Shown: positions 51,564 to 62,100 of the stretch, piece after piece | Layout: each line of letters begins with the position of its first letter | Numbering within the stretch: position 1 is the stretch's first letter | NCBI RefSeq assembly: GCF_000002075.1 | Contig: NW_004797961.1 | Location: 107,017 to 171,016 of the forward strand | Direction: 5' to 3' | Source: Aplysia californica | Lineage: Eukaryota | Length of the DNA: 64,000 nt | Notes under the pieces: generated by a model | What the model saw: only the letters and a program-made list of their open reading frames with translations | Database searches by the model: none | What the model was told of the DNA's origin: nothing | Position numbers and translations under genes: made by a program

Positions 51564-52505
51564 AAAAAGAAGAAAAACAACAACCCCAAAGCCTCTGGCA
51601 TTTCTCAACAGTTTTTACACACTTCTGTCTTAATTGAACACAAAGTAAAGCCTGGAAAATCTAACACGTCCCTCTTTTTAGAAAGCACCTGAAATGACCT
51701 AACCCTGAAGCATTCGCTGCTATCATGTGTTTAAAGATGAAGCAGCTTTGTGTCAGAAAAGGAAATTATAGATCTGTCATTAGTCGCAAACAGATTGGAA
51801 CATGAGTCCTCTCAATTTCGGTACGATTTATACCACCAGCAAACTGCCATATTTGAGACTGACTTACTATCTTTCATATATGTGTTGAAGTGGTGGTCAA
51901 AAATAGCGTTTGATGGGATGGAGTAGTGTGATCATTTGTTTGTTTCAGATTGAGCGCAGTGAATTTGGGCATTGTTTGGGATTTCACAGGCTACAGTCAT
52001 GAAAGCTTGATTCGAGGCCTCTTTTTTTCTCTCTCTCTCTCATGTCTTTACTTCAAACAATTCATGTCAATGACATTTTTACACAGAGACGTAAGTCTTG
52101 TTATAAAAACCTTTAGACTTCTTACTGTGAAAAAGAGAGAAAAGGTGTATGAATAGTTTTTGTTTTTAGTATTTATATTTTTTAATGAAAGGAAATAGTA
52201 CTTACACTTTCTGTCAATTACCAGGACTCAGAGCTTACAAGGAGTCTTTGATTCTAAGATACAGAAGTTTAGACCTCCATGTGGGTTAAAATCTCAAACT
52301 CTTTTAGGCCTATTGTATACCCACTAAATCAGTCTGCCAACAATTTTGGTTCTAAATTGGCCATTTCTTTATTTTGCAGATGAAAATTGAATGGCAAGAT
52401 AGCTGCACAAAACCAAGGAAGTCCAACTCAAAGCACACCCAGTTTAAGCTGTCTGACAAAAGTGTTGATCTCTTCGCTTCTGGTATGTCCGCTGCTGTGC
52501 TCTAA
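46658..52505 (+). CDS. ELP6: Elongator complex protein 6, 2 exons, 268 aa
   Basis: Exon 1 46658-47338 (QSFHHYNTVAHKLGTNL, FIEGLK, VVIVDDLSVL, LSSGFCKDVHGQ|GT). Exon 2 52380-52505 (ttgcag|MKIEW...QFKLSDKSVDLFASGMSAAVL*), matching the conserved ELP6 C-terminus. Phase 0 intron. Confidence 0.93.
47838..48330. mobile_element. Inverted-repeat element (MITE-like)
   Basis: CTATTCTCACCCG at ~47840 and ~47885; inverted GGGTGAGAATAG at ~47855 and ~48316. Confidence 0.5.
48438..49071. mobile_element. Inverted-repeat element, possibly Helentron/DINE-like
   Basis: Exact 19-bp IR CCAGTCATTTCGTCACACC / GGTGTGACGAAATGACTGG; extra partial copies at ~48475 and ~49026, the latter forming a terminal hairpin. 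Confidence 0.65.
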
Positions 52506-52808
52506 AGCAGCACTGTGATTGTTTTGGAGGAACGGACAGACTTTTTGAATTAACGCCACAACTTTGGATTCTGGCATCATAGAGAAAGAAAAAACCTGCG
52601 TCGTTTTTGTTGAACGGTAAATCCACTTCTCTCTACTGATCTCGTGTTCTGAAGTGACTGTAACCTCACTGGTCGCACCTATTTATGCACGTAGCGTCTC
52701 AGGCATGTTTTGGAAGCCACCAGGCGAATCAATTAAACTCTGCTTTGTCTTGCACATCAATCAGCGTAGTCGTTGTTGTGCGGGTAAGTAGGTTTGGATA
52801 GAAGCACC

Positions 52809-55800
52809 ATGTCATCGTCGTCTCCCTGGGACGCGTACTCGCAGCACACAGGGCTCACCTCCTCCCTGGAGCCCTATGCTCACCCTTTCTCCACCGACAT
52901 GCGAAACCTGGCCGGAGGGACTGGAGCTCCTGGCATGAGCAGCCTGACAGGGGAGAGCATGCTCGGGTACCCCAAGTCCAGCGATTTGTCGGCTGCCGCA
53001 AATCTGAATCTGGCGTCTCCGTACGGTGCGTATGGGCAGTCGTATCCTGGGATGCCAGATCTAGGGTTCCCGGGCGCCTCCCTGAGGCCCAGCTCGGCGA
53101 CTCACTCGCCCGTTGCTGCGGCAGCGGAAAACCTCCCAGCATCCTCCCCTCACGGACAGTATTCCGGCACACCCACCTCGGAGACCCAGTCGTCGTCTCC
53201 CGCCTTCTCCAACTCGACGTCTCTGTACACCCCGAGCACCATCTCCAGCAGCATTGCCTCCAGCCCCTACGCCCAGGCCTTTGGGAGCAGCAGCAGCTCT
53301 GCCGCCGAATCGGGTTCGAGGGGCCCGCACTTTTCGCCGTTCGCCCAGTCCTACGGGTACCCGATGTACGGCTACAACCAGGTGGGCGGTTTCCCGACTG
53401 CCAACTCTCTGGACGGGGTCAACCGCTACATGAGCGGCATCTCCTCGTCCCAGCTGATGCAATCCTCGGCCATGGGCCTCTACTCCAACAGCCAGGCGGG
53501 CCAGATGCCGTTCGCCTACCACCCCTCCATGGGGTGGAGCCCCAGTGCTATCCCAGGGTTCCAGTTGAAGGAGGGAGCAGATCTCATGTCGCCGGAAGAG
53601 CTGGAGCGCTACCGCTACCGCCAGCTGTCCAACCCGTACTTCCCGGGCCTGCCGCCCGGGGGCCCGCCCGGACGGAACTTTCCCCCCCACCCCTTACAGC
53701 AGGGTATGATGAGGAGCGGCCCGTTCCTGGACGACCGCGTGCACAGCCCTGCTCCAAAGAAACCCAAGAAATCCACAGAGGAGGCGGAACGGCCCCCGAC
53801 GCCAGCCCCAAGGGATCCCGCGTCGTTTCACTCGCAGAGAGGTATCTACTTGTTCACATCCAACTCCGAGCCGGGAAACCCCAAGTTTTATGGTGACAGA
53901 TACGTTCTTTACGAGAAAGATTTGTGTGAAAAGCTGTCTCGTGTTAGCCTTCCGGGGAAAATCCAGTATGTTTACAATCCTCTTGAGTATGCATTTGAAT
54001 CCCATTTAAAGTTTGTGCGCCGGTTTTGCACTGGGGAGAAATACATATTGTTTGTTGGGATGAATCCAGGACCTTTTGGTATGTCTCAAAATGGTGTACC
54101 GTTTGGAGAATGTCAAATTGTGAAAGAGTGGTTGCAGATTGATGGGGAAGTATTGAAGCCTGTATTGGAGCACCCGAAGCGACGTGTCGTCGGGCTGGAT
54201 TGTTCTCGGTCCGAGGTCACCGGGGGGCGGTTCTGGCAACTGTTCCGAACTCTTTGTCACACTCCAGAACATTTCTTCAGGACAAGCTATGTGCACAATC
54301 TATGTCCTTTTGCCTTTTTAACGGACACTGGTAAAAACGTCACCCCTCCTCAGTTAACGTCGTCTGTTTTAGACCAGATCAACGCGTTGTGTAACGCCAC
54401 TCTGGTCGAAGTTGTCCGGCTACTAAAATGCAAGTACGTCATATGCATTGGGAAGTATGCCCTGGCCCAGGCTCAGAAAGCATTATCTGCCGACGAATTC
54501 AGTGGCATCACCTTGGAATGTTTGATGCACCCCAGCCCCATCAACCCTGCTGCGAACAAGGGCTGGGCGGATATAGCCATCAAACAGTTAACGGAAATAG
54601 GTATCATTGAAATCATTCAGTACGGAAGGGTGCCCTACCAGCCTCAGAGCCAGCCTCCCCCTTCCTTGTCTCACCCACCTCACGCCTCTTCCTCATCCTC
54701 CATGAGTCACCATCCGCATCACCACCACCCTTACCACAACAAGCAATCTCCGGGTCACTACGGATTTCAGTCACCTCCCGTTCAGTCATATCACCACTCG
54801 CCAGCTCAAGGGTCCAACAACAACCACCACGGCCAGTCTCCGGCGCACGCTTCCGGCCTGAGTCAGTCCCCGGCTCACGCCCCGTCTGCGCGGAACCAGT
54901 CATCGCCTGCCCACGCCTCGTCCCGCGCTCAGTCATCCCCGGCACATTCATCCTGTAGTCAGTCTCCGGCCCAGCCCCAGCAGAACCAGGTGGCGGCCGC
55001 CAACCAGTCCCCCAGTCAGACCACAGGTAGCGGCAGCAGCAGCAGCACCCTTCCAGGACAGCCGTCCTCAGAGCAACTGCAGGACGGGCAAAAACTTTTG
55101 AACAAAGACAATGGGGAGAAGGGGGGCTCGCAGGACTCCTCTCTAGACTCGTCTGCCGCGGCCGCAGAGAAGACTCAGGAGGGCAAGGGCTTGCCCCAGC
55201 TGAACACAAACGGCATTCCAGCATATTCAGGGGATTCACAAGGTCATGAAAACGGGTTGCAGAACCCTCACAGCGAGCCCGGCTCGCAGGGATCGGAGGT
55301 GTCCAAGGGCAACTCTCCCAGTATACAGTATCCTTCCGCAGGAAATCCACAAGTGAACGCAACAGACTCTCAGCTGCAAAACCCCCAGATGAGCTCTGCG
55401 AACCCCCAGATGACCAGCAGTAGCCAGATGAACACGACAAATCCGCAGATGCACATGCCCCTGGGCTCGGGCCACCCCCACATGGGCATCGGCATGTCCA
55501 TGTCGGACTCGCCAAACCTCCAGCAAGGCGCTCCGGTGGACCAGCACGCCAGCCTGACCAACCAGCAGATCGGCTCGCCGCAGATGAGCAGCCAGAACTC
55601 GCACCTGGGTGTGTCCCAGAACTCGCACCTGGGCTCCATGAACTCCCACATGGCCTCCTCCATGGGGGCGCACATGGGCATGGGCTCGCAGATGGGGATG
55701 GGCGTCGGGGTGCCGATGGGCCGGGACCAGGGGATGAGCCTCCACGGCCAGATGGGCTCCATCAACCCCTACAGCCAGCAGCAGCTGGACATGTCCCAGA

Positions 55801-56156
55801 TGAGCGGCAGTTACGGCGCCGGCCCCAACAGCATGTCCCTCAACAGCTACTCGGGCATGCGGCCCAGCAGCTCGGAGATGCCGGGCTACGCGGCCTCCCA
55901 CATGGGCCTGCAGAACCCGTCGGCCATGGGCATGGCCTCGATGAGCAGCATGCACTCGTCGGCCGGCGGTGGTGGGCCCATGTCCGCGCAGCAGCTGGGC
56001 ATGTTCAACCCGCACATGAGCCGCATGATGGGCCCGCCGGAGCAGCAGATGGGCATGCACGCCGGCCTCAGCTCCATGTACGACAGCGGCCAGCTGGGCA
56101 AGGAGATACCGCCCTACGGAGGCCACTACACCGATAAGCCGCCCGAGTGCAGTTAG
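52809..56156 (+). CDS. SMUG1: SMUG1-family uracil-DNA glycosylase with very long low-complexity N- and C-terminal arms; intronless, 1115 aa
   Basis: First ATG at 52809 (gcaccATG) with an in-frame TAA upstream at 52785. UDG family-3 core ~53900-54625: YVYNPLEYA, FVGMNPGPFGMSQNGVPFG, SEVTGGRFW, YVHNLCP, MHPSPINPAANKGW. The frame is uninterrupted for 3.3 kb with strong C/G-ending codon bias. Confidence 0.93.
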   Translation: MSSSSPWDAYSQHTGLTSSLEPYAHPFSTDMRNLAGGTGAPGMSSLTGESMLGYPKSSDLSAAANLNLASPYGAYGQSYPGMPDLGFPGASLRPSSATHSPVAAAAENLPASSPHGQYSGTPTSETQSSSPAFSNSTSLYTPSTISSSIASSPYAQAFGSSSSSAAESGSRGPHFSPFAQSYGYPMYGYNQVGGFPTANSLDGVNRYMSGISSSQLMQSSAMGLYSNSQAGQMPFAYHPSMGWSPSAIPGFQLKEGADLMSPEELERYRYRQLSNPYFPGLPPGGPPGRNFPPHPLQQGMMRSGPFLDDRVHSPAPKKPKKSTEEAERPPTPAPRDPASFHSQRGIYLFTSNSEPGNPKFYGDRYVLYEKDLCEKLSRVSLPGKIQYVYNPLEYAFESHLKFVRRFCTGEKYILFVGMNPGPFGMSQNGVPFGECQIVKEWLQIDGEVLKPVLEHPKRRVVGLDCSRSEVTGGRFWQLFRTLCHTPEHFFRTSYVHNLCPFAFLTDTGKNVTPPQLTSSVLDQINALCNATLVEVVRLLKCKYVICIGKYALAQAQKALSADEFSGITLECLMHPSPINPAANKGWADIAIKQLTEIGIIEIIQYGRVPYQPQSQPPPSLSHPPHASSSSSMSHHPHHHHPYHNKQSPGHYGFQSPPVQSYHHSPAQGSNNNHHGQSPAHASGLSQSPAHAPSARNQSSPAHASSRAQSSPAHSSCSQSPAQPQQNQVAAANQSPSQTTGSGSSSSTLPGQPSSEQLQDGQKLLNKDNGEKGGSQDSSLDSSAAAAEKTQEGKGLPQLNTNGIPAYSGDSQGHENGLQNPHSEPGSQGSEVSKGNSPSIQYPSAGNPQVNATDSQLQNPQMSSANPQMTSSSQMNTTNPQMHMPLGSGHPHMGIGMSMSDSPNLQQGAPVDQHASLTNQQIGSPQMSSQNSHLGVSQNSHLGSMNSHMASSMGAHMGMGSQMGMGVGVPMGRDQGMSLHGQMGSINPYSQQQLDMSQMSGSYGAGPNSMSLNSYSGMRPSSSEMPGYAASHMGLQNPSAMGMASMSSMHSSAGGGGPMSAQQLGMFNPHMSRMMGPPEQQMGMHAGLSSMYDSGQLGKEIPPYGGHYTDKPPECS

Positions 56157-59100
56157 TCGCGGCTGGTGGTGGTGGTGGTGGTAGGAGGTGTGACGCCGCG
56201 CAACCTAGTGGGGTTTGTTTTGTTTTTCTTTTCTTTCTCTTTAAAAAATTTTTTTTTTAGAAAGAGTTTTGTTGGCTTGGGGACATGCATGTTATTCATA
56301 TTTGGTTGCTTGTTTGTATTGTTATGAATTGTTGTGTTTTGGGGTCTTTTCTTTATTTTTTCTTTCTTTTTTTTTTTTTTCTTTCTTTGTTTTGTTTTTG
56401 TTCAAAGTTCCATGATTTAGTGTCAGAAGGTTCAGGAAGTGAAGAATCCATGTGACAGATCAGAAAATTCCTCGCACACATCACTTTCATCTCATGATTT
56501 TATTTTAACCTTAGTTGTCTCTGGTCCACTGATATTTTTGTCGCATTGTTTTATCTTCGAAAAGGATGTCATCTTTCTCTTTGTATGAAAATGTTTTTAG
56601 ACCCATTTACCTTGATGGGGGTCCTTATTTTATTTTTAGGGACGATAAGTATCATCATCTGAAGGTAATGCTTTAACTTTTATGTCATTTGTATATATTG
56701 TAAAATGTATAGTCAGTATAGTTATTGATGGTAAGATGTATTTTTATAGAATTATCTACGTATTGGTCTCATGAAAGAAATATTTTGTAATGTGTAGATA
56801 ACATATTCCTACAATTTGTTTCATGAAGCAATGCTTAATATACCTTGTCAACAAAGTGTACTGAGTGTAAGTGTATGCGTACACTTATTATATATTATGT
56901 GAGAGGGAGTGTTTGATTATGATGTCTTGACGTTGTTGTTGAATGGTTCGACGTTGGTTGTTTGGAATATATATTATATATATATATACAATACTTTGGT
57001 TGTCTCTTGCTATGTTCCTGTTTGTTTGAATGCCTGTCCTTTCAAGACTGCAGAGCAGAATTAGTTTCTGTACCCCTAAACGCTGGACCAGAAGCATCAC
57101 TGCATCTTCACTGGACACGACGTTCAGATTCAAAATCTTCGTGTTTACACACCAACCAAACTCAGTCTTCCGCTACTAATTTACTAGGGATGATGTGTGT
57201 GTGTGTGTTTTTATCTAGGTTCTGTTCCAACGTCCTCCGCACAGACACCCCCAGTTGTCTGCTCCCTCTCCAACAATGTCTTTTTTGTATATTTTGTACC
57301 TGGTTGTTCATTCGTTGTTTCAGAACTTTTTTTTGACAAGGGTATTGTTTGCTGAAGAGTGTATGTTGTACTTGCAGAGCGGCAGTGATGTGGCAGAATT
57401 GTGCGTGTGAGAGAGAAGAGGATACAGCACACTAAAATGAGGACAAAAGTTGGAAAAATATATCACTCTGGTCAGAGTGCGGGATATTTTTAGCACATTT
57501 TTAAAATTTGATTTATTTGGGGTAAGGGAGGGGAGGGGGGTGCTTTGCTGATTTTTGAGTCTGAAATATGTTGAAACAGTCTTTTAAAAGATTTTTCTGG
57601 TATTTCTATGCGGCACTCTTTTATGAAACCCTCTTTTTTTTTTCATCTTAAAGTTAATGGTTAAACCAATCTTTTTGTCGTGCACAGGATTTCCTATTTT
57701 CAGTCTACGGCAAAATACCTTGTAACGGACATGAATCGTTACTTATATTACTCCTCTTCCTTTGCTGCTGCGATCTTGCAGTTCATTTATAAATTAGGAT
57801 ATTATATATAAAAGTTGTTCAAATTATTTGTTTTATTTGGCTAAAAATATTGCTGTTATCGCTGTCAATGCAAGTTGTGAGATTTTTATGATTGAGAGAA
57901 ATGAATGGTCATGACTGCGTGTGAGTAGAGATCTCTCCACATGTTGCAACGGCAGCGGGAATCACAAAGATTTTTAAGCCTGACAAATTCTTTATATGAA
58001 CAGAAAGATATTGATTTTTTTGTTGTGCACAAATGGAAGTGACAGTGCTATATTGGGGGCATTTTACATTTTATTCAAGAAAGTTCAGCTCTAGTCCACG
58101 CTTTCTTCAAAACCTACTTTTCTTTGTTTGTTTGGGTTTTTTTGTTTGTTTGTTGCTGTTTTTTTGCTTTTTTAATCCCATGCTTTACTGTATGACACCA
58201 TTTTTGTCTTATGTTTTCCTTTCTTTTTCATGATTGTCTTCCTGGCTGGTCCGCTCTTCTAAACTACCGTTACAACCACATAATGTAATTTGCAAATTTA
58301 CATGCTAGTGAAAGTTTTTGCCACTGATGTAGATTTGTCAGGTTCGGTTTGGTGAGAGTTTGATGGCCCGGTTACACGTAACGATAAATTGTGTCAAATT
58401 CGTCGTGTGCGAAAACTATCCGTTTTATCGACTGTGTAGTCTGTTTAGACGTTCGGATCTGTCGTCCAGTTTTCTTTTGATCAGGGAGATTCCTAGTAAT
58501 TGACTTGGCTGCAGATGTGCAACGCACCGGGTGACCTTGATACACAACTTCACCATTGATGATCAACTGAATAATAAAAATGGTAAATTGTACATAATTA
58601 CGCATCAAATCAGGTTCCTGGAGAGCAACCTTACTTAGTTTGAGACGCTGTTTCCGAATATGAAATCAGTTTTACCTGCGATAAATATTTTTAAATTTTG
58701 AGCCCTAAGTTAATCCAGCGCAGCGGCAAATTTCCAAGTGATTCTACATCACAGCGTGTCTCCCCCAAAACTGACAGTGATCGCACGGAAAATATCTAGC
58801 AGCGCTTGATTTCTCAACCGAGTCTTCAAGCCATCGTCCAAGCTTTGTACAATTTTGTGCTTACACCTGATGATTTGTCTCATGATCGATAGATCATCCA
58901 GTTTTTGTACAATTTATTGTTGCGTGTAACCGGGGCTTTACTGCGCTCGTAAGTTAACTGCATAAGGTCATATATGAGGGGGCATGGTAGATTTGTCAGT
59001 CTGCAAATCTTTTCCAATATTTAAATTTCTTTAGCGGCAACAGTTTCATTTGAATTCGGAGTGTAGCTTTCCTTGCATTCCTTTTTTAAAATAGGGTAGG

Positions 59101-62100
59101 GTACAGTTTTTCTGCCTTTTGTGATATTTATATGTTCGAGCTATTCAGTTTCAGGAATTTTTTTTCCTCTGAAAATGAAAGTTCATGTATGTCCCCGCTA
59201 CCCATCTTTTCCTTCCCCTTGGTACTCGCTGGTCCTGGGTGCTGGGTTTCCCTTAACCTTATTGTCACCGTCTCTTGATACGTGTGGTCATAGGCTGCTC
59301 CCGTCACTGCTTTTTTTTGCTGTACACAGCTGCACGCGTTCGAGAGTTCGAGTCTGTCGTTAAGCCCAGGTGGCAAGACTAGCTGTTCTTCAACTCTGAA
59401 TAGTGCTCATCCTGTAATAAATAATGGTTAGTAATATAGTGATGCATAGCCATCCATCAATTTCTGATGTCGACCTATGTATCTGTAGAGGAGAATATTT
59501 CTGAAAGAGAAATAGAAGAATCAAGAGTTAGTTAAGATGACTTTTTGTCTTCTGGTGTTGCCAGTGAGACCACTTCTGGTAGGGGAGAGTGCTCTCTGTA
59601 GTCTTTGTGAAGCTTCCCCCTTTTCTCGTGTCTGCTAGAGAGTTGGATAATATATATAATGCAGGGCGGTTGGGTAAGTGAATATTGATTATTATATATA
59701 TACTTTTCGCTGTTCAGAACCTTGTGTGTGTTGGGAGGAGGGGTGGTGGTTATAAACTTTAATAACAGCCGGGTTCGAAGTTGTTCAGGGCTGGTTCATT
59801 TTTTTCATTGTCTTCAGTGTAAAGCTCACGAAGAGAGTCTAGTTGAAATGTAGCTCAGAAGATGAGAGTGATCAAATTCCTTTTTATTTTTGATTAATGA
59901 TTGGGATTTGGGGGGGGGGGGAACAAATTAATGTGCTGGCAAATGTAGCATCTTTTAAATTTTCCTGTAGACCTTGATGGCAGTTTGAGTTTTGGTTTCT
60001 GTGCTAGAATCCAGTGGCTCAACTGACTTTTTGAAAAGAAGCAGCTGATCTGTTTTGCACCGGGTACGCATATATTATTATACCTTTTCTTTGTCAACTT
60101 CCTTACAGAACCATCGTGTTGTTTATGTTTATGATTCCATTTTTTCCCCCCCCCAGTGTTTTGATGCATTATTTTACCTCTCTTTGAATCTCAGTTGGAA
60201 AAAGAGTTGTTTTTTTTTTTTTTACAAAGCAAAAATGTGTCTTCTATTAGAAAGAAGCCCATTTGGTGCTTACTGTCTCACCAGCAAACTATTATAATTA
60301 CCCTGCGAGCAGCTGAATCCACAGCTTTACTCAGTGCTAACCCGAATTATGTGTGCAGTTCTGTATTATGTGAGCTGTACTGAATTATATGTCCTGTACT
60401 GTATTATGTGTGCTGTGCTGTATGTGCCAATATTGTCATGTTCATCGTGTGTGTGTCTTCACACATGGTATAGTATAGAGAGAGAGGGATGAGCGAGAGT
60501 CGGGGAAAATTTGAAACGTTGCGTCGGGATACTTGAAATATTTTGATGACTTATTGATGTGTACGATGGTTGAAAACATGGGAACAAGAGTTTATAATGT
60601 GAAAGAACTCCTGAATGTTCACTGCCGTGTGCGTCATTCCTGGACTTCAGTCTTCTCTCTCAATGTTAAGTGTTACACGAGTTCAGCAGTGAGAATCTTT
60701 TCGGTGTTCCTGGGTTTCCTCAGAGCAGGCCTACTCTGTGCTTGAGTTTGTCGTGTGGTGTTGTGAGGTGTGGAGAGAAAAAAGTGAGGCTTGTTGTGCA
60801 ATGCGTTTGTGAGGAAACGACGTGACTTTGTTGGTACGAACTGAAAGGGGGGGAAAAACCAAACTGTTTGACATTGTGCCTGTAGCGTTCTTGAACTGAA
60901 TGCGAAGAAGCACCAGTACCAATAATGTATGCGTGTTGTGTTCTCCGATGATGATTCATGATGACCGCCTGTTTCTGCTCTGTTCAGAGATTTGTGTTTT
61001 CTGTGGCTTGCTAATTTGTGACGGCAAGTTGGCAGTATAATCAAAGAATTGTGCGTCTTTTCGTGTGGAAAAACCAAAGCTACTGGCTCAATGGAAAGTA
61101 TTAAAAGAAAATGGTGAGGTCTTAGTTTTCTCCTCTCCTGTGGATTGAAAACACTGTTTTAGTGTGTGTCTGTGAAGGTTTGATGGTGACTTTTTGTCAT
61201 AGCTGTCTCAAATGAAATTATTTTTTATAGAATTGCAAAGTTTGATTTTGCGTTTGTTGGTTGTTGGGTTGTTTTTTCAAAAGTGTGCTTCTGAACCTGA
61301 CATGGAGTTGAAAGGAAGCCCTCGAAAGGGAAACTTTCTTTCCATCTTTGAGCTCCGATTTCAGCAACTGTTTGGAGTTACCAAATTTTTTCCCCTAATC
61401 GTTCTGCTATTCTTATGTTCTGAAGTTTGAATATGAAGGCCATGGGTGTCGGAGCTATGTGTCTTAGTATTTCATGCTCTTTAGTATTTCGGGTGTTCTG
61501 TCATCTCCATCTTGAGTTTGGAACATTGGATGTAGTTTTGACTATTTTTTAAAGATCGCCAAGATCCATCGTTTGTTGCAGGGCTTGTACATTGGGCATT
61601 CAGGAAAAAGTCTTCAAGTGGGTTCTAGTAACGCTTTGTCGTGAGAAGCAGAATTTTTTTGTATGAGCTTGCTTTACCACTTATTGTTTCCTTTGACTTT
61701 GAATTTGATTTTGATAAAGTCGTCTGATGGAAGATAGCGCTTAAGTTTTTTGGGTGTCCAAAAAGCAAAGTGTCTTTGCTTACGTGTTCTACCAGTGCAC
61801 GTTTACTTGTGTTGACCATGGTGGTTGATATTGTACACGTTTTATCCTTGTGCATGTGTACGGCATCACTGGTTGTAGATGAAGATGTCGTCAGTGAAGC
61901 GTCTGTACTTGGATATATCAATAAATAAGTCGTAGTTCCTTGGGTTGGACATTGATTGAGAGAGGGCTTGGTCTTTACTGATGAAAAGAATAATTTCTTT
62001 ATGATTGACAAAAGTAGTTTCGAAGGTGGAAGACATTGATCTATCCTCTCAACAAATCTCCAAGCCAGTAGAAAGTGTTTCGTAAAAGATAAGAAACGTA

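Noticed and set aside
47338-52809. In-frame ELP6-SMUG1 fusion protein by splicing or readthrough
   Set aside because: The nearest TAG acceptor before the ATG (52799-52801) is weak and out of phase with the phase-0 ELP6 donor; TAA at 52785 closes the SMUG1 frame upstream.
53061-56126. Long antisense/alternate-frame ORFs (209, 300, 296, 131 aa) overlapping SMUG1
   Set aside because: Expected shadows of a GC3-rich coding strand; no recognisable domain.
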